Assembly (NCBI GenBank): GCA_965116875.1
Contig: OZ220733.1
Span: 3,712,001 to 3,776,000 of the forward strand
Length of the DNA stretch: 64,000 bases
Source of the DNA: Candidatus Latescibacterota bacterium
GTDB taxonomy: Bacteria > Latescibacterota > UBA2968 > GCA-2709665
Direction: 5' to 3'
Each line of letters opens with the position of its first letter. Position 1 is the stretch's first letter. Shown here one piece after another: positions 57,362 to 64,000 of the stretch. The translations under genes were made by a program, and so were the position numbers. A model generated the notes under the pieces. It ran no database searches and was not told the DNA's origin. It saw only the letters and a list, made by a program, of their open reading frames with translations.

Positions 57362-58555
57362 TTACGTTTGACGATCGGCCAACGCGGCCACGCCCGGCAG
57401 CTGTTTTCCTTCCAGGAATTCCAGGAAGGCGCCTCCGCCGGTGGATACATGTCCGAGCCTGTCCGCGAGACCGCAGGTCGTCAGGGCCGCGACCGTTTCT
57501 CCGCCGCCGGCCAGTGTATTGGCGCCCTTTGACGAAGCCGTTGCCACCGCGTGCGCCACCGCCGTGGTTCCCCCGGCAAATGCAGGGACTTCCGATACCC
57601 CCATCGGCCCGTTCCATACCACGGATCCCGCGTTGAGGATCTCTTTCGTAAAGACGGAACGGGTCCCGGGCCCGATATCGAACCCTTCCAGTTCCGGCGG
57701 AATCTCTTCACGCGGCACAACCTGTGACGCGGCGCCGTCGCGGGTCTCGTCGGCAACCACGCAGTCCGTGGGCAGCAGCAACCGGACCTCTGCGTCGGCG
57801 GCGCGCTGCAGCAGGACTTCCGCCATCCCCACCCGGTCCGCCTCGAGCAGGGACCGCCCGATCTCCAGTCCCATCGCCTTGAAGAACGTGTACGACATGC
57901 CTCCCCCGATCAGGAGCGTATCGACGAGGGTCAGCAGATGCTGGATGACGTCGATCTTGCCCGAGATCTTGGCGCCGCCCAGTACGGCGACAAACGGCCT
58001 GGCGGGGTCGGCCAACGCGCTTTCAAGAGAATCCAGTTCCCGTAGCATCAGAAACCCGGCCGCACAGTCCACGAAGTGGTGGGTGACGCCTTCCGTGGAT
58101 GCATGGGCCCGGTGGGCCGTTCCGAATGCGTCGTTCACGTAGGCCGAACCCAGTTCACAGAGCCGGCGGGCGAATTCCGGATCGTTTGCCTCCTCCTCTA
58201 CGTGAAACCTTAAATTCTCCAGCATCACCACTCCATCGGCGCGTTTTGCGATCGCCTCCACTTCAGGGCCCACGCAATCCGGCGCCATGGTCACCTCCCG
58301 ACCCATCAACTCGCCGAGGCGAACGGCCGCGGGCTTCAGCGACAGTTCGGGAACGACCTGACCCTTCGGCCTGCCAAGGTGCGACATCAGGATCGGTATC
58401 CCGCCACGCTCCAATATATGCCGGAGCGTAGGCACGGCGGACCGAATCCGCGTATCGTCGCCAACCTCGCCATTCTGGAGCGGCACGTTGAAATCCACCC
58501 GCACCAGCACACGGCGTCCGGCAAGATCCAGATCCCGAACGGAAAGCTTCGCCAT
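57362..58555 (-). CDS. pgk: Phosphoglycerate kinase
   Basis: RVDFNVP, SHLGRP, LENLRF, DAFGTAHRAHAS, STGGGA. Confidence 0.98.
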   Translation of the reverse strand: MAKLSVRDLDLAGRRVLVRVDFNVPLQNGEVGDDTRIRSAVPTLRHILERGGIPILMSHLGRPKGQVVPELSLKPAAVRLGELMGREVTMAPDCVGPEVEAIAKRADGVVMLENLRFHVEEEANDPEFARRLCELGSAYVNDAFGTAHRAHASTEGVTHHFVDCAAGFLMLRELDSLESALADPARPFVAVLGGAKISGKIDVIQHLLTLVDTLLIGGGMSYTFFKAMGLEIGRSLLEADRVGMAEVLLQRAADAEVRLLLPTDCVVADETRDGAASQVVPREEIPPELEGFDIGPGTRSVFTKEILNAGSVVWNGPMGVSEVPAFAGGTTAVAHAVATASSKGANTLAGGGETVAALTTCGLADRLGHVSTGGGAFLEFLEGKQLPGVAALADRQT

Positions 58556-58712
58556 GTTTCCTTCCCTGCCAGTTATAAGAGAGGGAGCCGTCCCGCGTGG
58601 TACGGCTCCCGCATGCCAGCTTTCGTACGTTTGTCCGAAAGCGGTCTTCCTGATTCGTACCTGGTCAACTCCGGGGCGCGCCGCTCACCGTTCGGCCGGG
58701 TCCCAACGGAGT

Positions 58713-59723
58713 CTACGTGTGTGCAAAGCGTGTACCCAACACCTCCACGAGGTCCACGCACCGGCAGGAATACCCCCATTCGTTATCGTACCATCCGCAC
58801 ACCTTGACCATATTCCCGCACATGACCGTTGTCATTTCCGAATCGAACACGCAGGAATGGGGATTGCCGATGATGTCCGCCGAGACGAGGGGTTCGTCCG
58901 AATACTCCAGAATGCCATTCAGCCGGCCCTCGGAAGCCGACCTGAACGCTTCGTTGACGGACTCCGGGGTGGTCGGCCTTCGCAGCGTCGCCACAAAATC
59001 CGTATAGGAGCCGTCGGGGGTTGGGACACGCACGGCCATCCCGTCCAGGTTGCCGTTCAGTTCGGGGATCACCTGGCCCACGGCGCTGGCGGCCCCGGTT
59101 GTCGTGGGGATCATGGACAGGGCCGCTGACCTCGCCCTGCGCAAGTCCGGGTGCGGCGCGTCGATCATGCGCTGGTCGCCGGTATAGGCGTGAATGGTCG
59201 TCATCAGCCCTTTCTCAACGCCGAATGCCTCGTGCAGGACGCTTACCATCGGGGCCAGGCAGTTCGTGGTGCAGGATGCATTGGAAATCACACTGTCCTG
59301 TTCGGTCAACGTTTCGTGGTTGATGCCCATCACCACCGTCGGCACGTCGCCCCTGGCCGGGGCCGAGATAATCACCCGGCCGGCGCCTGCCTTGAGGTGC
59401 TTTCCGGCGCTGTCCCTGTCCGTGAAGAACCCCGTTGACTCGATGACCACGTCCACGCCCAGTGTTCGCCAGGGCAACATGACCGGGTCGCGCTCGGCCA
59501 GAACGATGACCTCGCTGCCGTCCACGTCGAGCGATTTTTCCCTGATTTCGATATTTCCGGGGTACCTCCCGTGCGTCGAGTCGTATTTCAGCAAATGACC
59601 CAGCGTACCCGCGTCGGTCAGATCGTTTACCGCTACGACGTCGATGCCGGGTCTGCGCATCGCCGCGCGGAAGACGAGCCGGCCGATGCGTCCGAATCCG
59701 TTAATGGCCACCTTGATCGCCAT
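58713..59723 (-). CDS. gap: Glyceraldehyde-3-phosphate dehydrogenase type I
   Basis: INGFGRIGR, ASCTTNCL, WYDNEWGY. Confidence 0.98.
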   Translation of the reverse strand: MAIKVAINGFGRIGRLVFRAAMRRPGIDVVAVNDLTDAGTLGHLLKYDSTHGRYPGNIEIREKSLDVDGSEVIVLAERDPVMLPWRTLGVDVVIESTGFFTDRDSAGKHLKAGAGRVIISAPARGDVPTVVMGINHETLTEQDSVISNASCTTNCLAPMVSVLHEAFGVEKGLMTTIHAYTGDQRMIDAPHPDLRRARSAALSMIPTTTGAASAVGQVIPELNGNLDGMAVRVPTPDGSYTDFVATLRRPTTPESVNEAFRSASEGRLNGILEYSDEPLVSADIIGNPHSCVFDSEMTTVMCGNMVKVCGWYDNEWGYSCRCVDLVEVLGTRFAHT

Positions 59724-59960
59724 CTGGTCTACCTCCAGGTCAAAGACAAACCGGTCGGCCGATCGCCGCCGGGGAATGCGGGCTAAGAAGTGGATTCACG
59801 GAACAGTCGACGTGTCCGCGCGCACCCTGCAAAGGCACAGATGTGCGTAAGTCACCAACATCGAGTACTGTTGGCACTGGTGTTCCGTCCCGGAAATAAG
59901 TTGCCTGAATCGCCGGTCGAATGGCGAGGAATTTTTGGGACAGAACACAGGAATTCGACG

Positions 59961-60998
59961 CTATCCGAAAAAGACCCTGGCGATATCGTACAGGTTCATA
60001 TCCACCGTACGCAGCTTGGATACCGCGTCTTTCAGCGGCACAGATACGATATCTGTGCCCCGCAGCGCCACCATATTGCCGAAGTCGCCAGCGTGGACGA
60101 GGTCGATCGCGGCAATACCGAAGCGAGTGCCCAGGACCCGGTCGAACGCGGTCGGGTTGCCTCCGCGCTGGATATGTCCCAGCACCGTCACCCGGGTTTC
60201 GAAACCCGTTCGTCTTTCGATTTCTTCCCCGAGTACGATGCCGATCCCGCCAAGTCGCACGTGACCGAAGGCATCGCGTTCCTCGGACTGGAGTACCAGA
60301 GATTCGTCGGACAGCCTGGCGCCCTCGGCCACCACCACGATACTGAAGGTCTTGCCCCGGTCGTGGCGTTTCTGGATGGAAGTACAAACCATTTCCAGGT
60401 CGACCGCCTGCTCGGGAATCAGGACCATGTCGGCGCCGCCGGCAATGCCTGCCTCCACGGCGATCCATCCCGCATGACGGCCCATCACTTCCACCACCAT
60501 CACCCGGTTGTGTGACTCGGCGGTGGTATGCAGCCTGTCGATGGCGTCGGTGACCGTATTGATCGCCGTATCGAATCCGAAGGTCTGGTCCGTGCCGTCC
60601 AGGTCATTGTCGATGGTTTTTGGTACGCCGATTACGTTCACGCCGTCTTCGTACAGCCTGCTGGCCACACCGACGGTGTCGTCTCCGCCAATGGCAATCA
60701 GCGCATCGAGCTCCATCCTGCCCATGTTCTGCTTTACAATGTCGCCGCCGTTCGGCTCGTTATACGGATTGGTCCTGGACGTACCCAGGATCGTTCCTCC
60801 TCTGGGCAGAATTCCGGAGACCGCGTTCAGGTCCAGCTGCATCGAAACCCGCTCCAGCATGCCCCTCCAACCCAGCATCACACCCACGATTTCATATCCG
60901 TAGGCGTCTATCCCCTTCCGCGTAACCGCGCGGATTACCGCATTCAGCCCGGGGCAATCGCCGCCGCCCGTTAAAATCCCAACACGCCTGCATGCCAT
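59961..60998 (-). CDS. pfkA: 6-phosphofructokinase (PfkA family, group III-like)
   Basis: GGGDCPGLN, GGTILGTSR, GGDDT, PKTIDND, EVMGRHAG, LGHIQRGG; start MACRR at 60998. Confidence 0.95.
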   Translation of the reverse strand: MACRRVGILTGGGDCPGLNAVIRAVTRKGIDAYGYEIVGVMLGWRGMLERVSMQLDLNAVSGILPRGGTILGTSRTNPYNEPNGGDIVKQNMGRMELDALIAIGGDDTVGVASRLYEDGVNVIGVPKTIDNDLDGTDQTFGFDTAINTVTDAIDRLHTTAESHNRVMVVEVMGRHAGWIAVEAGIAGGADMVLIPEQAVDLEMVCTSIQKRHDRGKTFSIVVVAEGARLSDESLVLQSEERDAFGHVRLGGIGIVLGEEIERRTGFETRVTVLGHIQRGGNPTAFDRVLGTRFGIAAIDLVHAGDFGNMVALRGTDIVSVPLKDAVSKLRTVDMNLYDIARVFFG

Positions 60999-61102
60999 TG
61001 GAGAGCTCCGTACAACGTCCGGTTGAACCCTATAACCTGTCACGCGGAAAGGCTCCGTTTGCACGGTATCCTGTTCGCGATTCTGCTCGTTCGGAACCAG
61101 TA

Positions 61103-61131
61103 AATTTAAGGCATGCCCTGCCTGATGTCAA
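61103..61131 (-). promoter_or_regulatory. sigma-70 promoter for the pfkA-gap cluster
   Basis: TTGACA-N17-TAAATT on the minus strand. Confidence 0.65.
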
Positions 61132-61168
61132 GTTGTTTTTTTTGGTCAAAGTGTTTGGAATCAATGCG

Positions 61169-61960
61169 TTAGATAAAAAGATCAGAGCCCGGGACGACCG
61201 TCTGGGCATCGGGTTCTTCTGCGTCGAAATAGGGACACGCGACGGCCGCGACCGTGACTTCGGACGCGCCCGCTTCCAGCAGGGCCCAGGCGCAGGCATT
61301 GGCCGTGGCGCCGGTGGTGACTACGTCGTCCACAAGCAGGACCGGGCGGTTGCTGACCAGGTCCTTTCGGCGCACGACAAAGGCCCCCTCCACGTTGGCG
61401 CCGCGCTCCGATGAGTCCAGATTCGTCTGCGTTTCGGTGGCGCGTACCCGCCTCAACGCGCGGTCCTGGACGGAGAGTTCCAGTACCCGCGCCATGGCCC
61501 GCGCGATCAAACCGCTCTGGTTGTAGCCGCGTTCCCGCAACCTGCTGCCGTGAAGGGGCACCGGCACCACCACCGGCCGGGGTTCCGCCGGGGATTCCCC
61601 TGCAAGCATCCGACCCAGCGCCCGGCCGAGGGTGTGGCCGGCAGCGGTATGACCCTGGTATTTCATCATGTGGACCATGCGCTGCACCGAACGGCTGAAC
61701 GGAGTGAGTGCAGACATCCGGGAGAAAACGTAATCCTTGTCGGCACAATTCGTACAGGGGCGGGAAAGCCCTGGACATCCGCAACGGCCGCACCGCGGAC
61801 CTTTGATAATGCCCAGGGTCTCCCAGCACCCGGGGCAGAGCCCCTCTGATTCGTCCAGCGGTGTTCTGCACAGCAGACAGTGCGGCGGGTATACGAAGGC
61901 CTGAACGGATTCGCATGCGGATCGAAGGAGATGTACGAAAGCATCCCGTTTCCCCTCCAT
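61169..61960 (-). CDS. comF: ComF family protein (double zinc ribbon + phosphoribosyltransferase domain)
   Basis: YPPHCLLC, CxxC pairs, PVPLH..R..ERGYNQ, LVDDVVTTGAT; start approximate. Confidence 0.9.
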   Translation of the reverse strand: MEGKRDAFVHLLRSACESVQAFVYPPHCLLCRTPLDESEGLCPGCWETLGIIKGPRCGRCGCPGLSRPCTNCADKDYVFSRMSALTPFSRSVQRMVHMMKYQGHTAAGHTLGRALGRMLAGESPAEPRPVVVPVPLHGSRLRERGYNQSGLIARAMARVLELSVQDRALRRVRATETQTNLDSSERGANVEGAFVVRRKDLVSNRPVLLVDDVVTTGATANACAWALLEAGASEVTVAAVACPYFDAEEPDAQTVVPGSDLFI

Positions 61961-62132
61961 GCGATTGGAATCGCGAGAAATGGCTTGCAAAAGCAGCTTC
62001 ATGGCGATACATTCTCCCACCCAATGCGATCGGCCGCGTGTGCCTGCACTGCCGATCCTGGTCGAGTTGATTTCATCTCCCCGCATCTGTAAGACCGCGC
62101 CCCCGATAAGAACCTGTTCCCAGACGTCATCC

Positions 62133-64000
62133 ATGAAAAATACCCGCGCGATCATTTTCGATCTGGACGGAACGCTCTTCGACCTGGATCCGCTGGTTCA
62201 GGCCGCACGCGAACGGGTCGCGCGTCATCTGTACGCCCACGGGTTCTTTGCCTCCGAATCCTACGCTCTCAGCCGGATCAACGAACTGGAACTGCGGCAC
62301 GGTCCATATTACTCCTCATCTCCGTACTATTTTGCCTTCTACGACATCGCGAAGGCCCTCCTGCGCGACAAGCCCGATCGCCTCGTCGACCATCTCAACA
62401 GACAGCGCCCCAATCACCGAAGCCCGGAAGACGCCGATTCCGTCGAAGCCTTCGTTGCCGAGCTCGAATACGTCTACAACAGCGAGGCCGTTGAAGACGT
62501 CAGGCTCTTTCCGGGAGCCGTCCAGACCCTGCAGGAACTTCGCGATGCGGGATGCCTGCTCTTCCTGGTGACATTCGGAAGGACGCTTCGGCAGAAAAAC
62601 AAGATCGACCTTCTGAACATCGCTCCCTATTTCCACACGATCGTCAACGAAGGTCCTCCTTCTCACGACTACTGGTTCGCCGAACTCATCAAGGCTCACA
62701 AACTCTCGCCGGAGGAAGTCGTCTGTGTGGGCGACCGTGCCCAGGATGAGATCCGGGCGGGCAACCGTCTCGGATGCACGACGGTCTGGATGCGCCGCGG
62801 GAGATACGCCGAGGAAGAACCCGGCGAGGGCGACCGTCCAACCCATCAGATCCGCCTCCTTCCTCAGTTGTCCACCCTGATCCATCTGGCACGACTGGAC
62901 AAGGACCGGCGCCGGCTCAAAGTGGCCGCGCTGGGCGGCGGCACCGGTCTCCCTATCGTGCTGCGGGGGATCCAGACCTATACCGACAGCCCCGCGGCTG
63001 TGGTTGCGGTTACGGACACCGGGGCTTCCTCAGGTCGCATCCGCTGGAATCTGGGCGTGCAGCCGCCCGGGGACATCCGCAACGCGTTGACCGCGCTTGC
63101 CGATCGACGTCGGGTCTCCTCCGGGCTGATCCGGGTCTTTCAACACCGGTTTCCGGACAGCGAACGGGAAGCCGGGATCTTCCGAAACGACAATATCGGC
63201 AACTTCCTGATTGCCGCGCTGACCCAGCAACTCGGCGATTTTCAGATTGCCATCCAGACAGCCGGCGATATGCTGCGCATACGCGGTGAGGTCTTTCCCG
63301 CCACCAACCAGAACGTGGACATATGCGCCGAACTCGAAAACGGCGAACAGCGGTACACCGAGTGGATGGTACGCAAAACCGGCAAATCTCCGTTGAAGTA
63401 CGCCTACCTCGTCGCCAACAGCGACATCCTCACGGAGCTGCAACAACCGGACGGGGCGCTGTACCGCGAAGACGACTCGAAAACAGGCCAGGTCGAGGTC
63501 TACGCAAGAGCTGAAAGCGACTTCCGTCCGGCCAGGAACGAAGCCCGCGCGCCTCGCGGAGCCGTGCAGGCCATTGCGGACGCGGACATTGTGGTTCTCG
63601 GCCCCGGCAGCCTCTTCACGAGTGTAATTACGAACCTGCTCGTACCGGACATCAGGCGCACACTGTCCGCCCGAAACCACGGAAAGGTCTTCTACGTCTG
63701 CAATATCGTGACCCAGCCGGGCCAGACAGACGGATTCGGCGCTTCGGATCACCTGCAGGCAATCCTGCGGCACTTCCCTGAACGAGACAGCGGCTTCCTG
63801 GATCACATGATTGTCCAGGATCCGGACGCATTCCACAGGCCGGGCGGGCGAAAGTGGCGGCAGGTGCTGAATGCCTACCTTCGGGATGGCAAGGAACCCG
63901 TTTCGTGCGATCCGGAGGCGATCCGCCGTCTTGTGGCGTGCACGGTTACGGATCTTCTCGAGGACTACACGTCCGAAGTGAAGAGTCGCAGCGCGGGCGA
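62133..64000 (+). CDS. HAD-superfamily hydrolase fused in frame to a YvcK/GlmR (CofD-related) domain; partial at window end
   Basis: Manual translation from ATG 62133: IIFDLDGTL...VGDRAQDEIRAG, continuing with no stop into KVAALGGGTG, DTGASSGRIR, PPGDIRN, GPGSLFTS, NIVTQPGQT. Confidence 0.88.
   Translation, partial: MKNTRAIIFDLDGTLFDLDPLVQAARERVARHLYAHGFFASESYALSRINELELRHGPYYSSSPYYFAFYDIAKALLRDKPDRLVDHLNRQRPNHRSPEDADSVEAFVAELEYVYNSEAVEDVRLFPGAVQTLQELRDAGCLLFLVTFGRTLRQKNKIDLLNIAPYFHTIVNEGPPSHDYWFAELIKAHKLSPEEVVCVGDRAQDEIRAGNRLGCTTVWMRRGRYAEEEPGEGDRPTHQIRLLPQLSTLIHLARLDKDRRRLKVAALGGGTGLPIVLRGIQTYTDSPAAVVAVTDTGASSGRIRWNLGVQPPGDIRNALTALADRRRVSSGLIRVFQHRFPDSEREAGIFRNDNIGNFLIAALTQQLGDFQIAIQTAGDMLRIRGEVFPATNQNVDICAELENGEQRYTEWMVRKTGKSPLKYAYLVANSDILTELQQPDGALYREDDSKTGQVEVYARAESDFRPARNEARAPRGAVQAIADADIVVLGPGSLFTSVITNLLVPDIRRTLSARNHGKVFYVCNIVTQPGQTDGFGASDHLQAILRHFPERDSGFLDHMIVQDPDAFHRPGGRKWRQVLNAYLRDGKEPVSCDPEAIRRLVACTVTDLLEDYTSEVKSRSAG

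Noticed and set aside
62248-63836. Track ORFs in 62248-63836
   Set aside because: All are shadows of the HAD-YvcK reading frame starting at 62133

Overview
A GC-rich bacterial chromosomal segment. The gene content (dockerin/EF-hand-tagged propeller, PhyH dioxygenase, GHL10-like and BNR proteins) suggests a Latescibacterota/Gemmatimonadota-like organism; this is inference only. The left end (1-6110) looks like the edge of an accessory island next to the 3' end of tRNA-Glu: the right end of an IS5-family element cuts the 5' end of a lower-GC ABC exporter gene, which faces a convergent pair of related ABC exporters. Then come tRNA-Glu/tRNA-Val, a zinc-ribbon gene, RNase HI, rnpB, pyrF and many catabolic enzymes. 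The middle holds a small LGY-motif peptide next to a sulfotransferase, an envelope operon (COG3014 lipoprotein, unknown secreted protein, LpoB-like lipoprotein, beta-barrel) behind a consensus sigma-54 promoter, an HD phosphohydrolase convergent with an HNH nuclease, a BlaI / BlaR1-DUF4837 fusion / TonB module, a PsrA-like TetR with an RND efflux operon, and a COG1373 AAA ATPase. The right end has the pfkA-gap-pgk-tpiA-secG-tRNA-Leu core cluster, comF, and an in-frame HAD-YvcK fusion that the ORF track missed because it runs off the window. No CRISPR array, rRNA, integrase or prophage was seen. All family assignments come from motif recognition by eye; no database searches were run.
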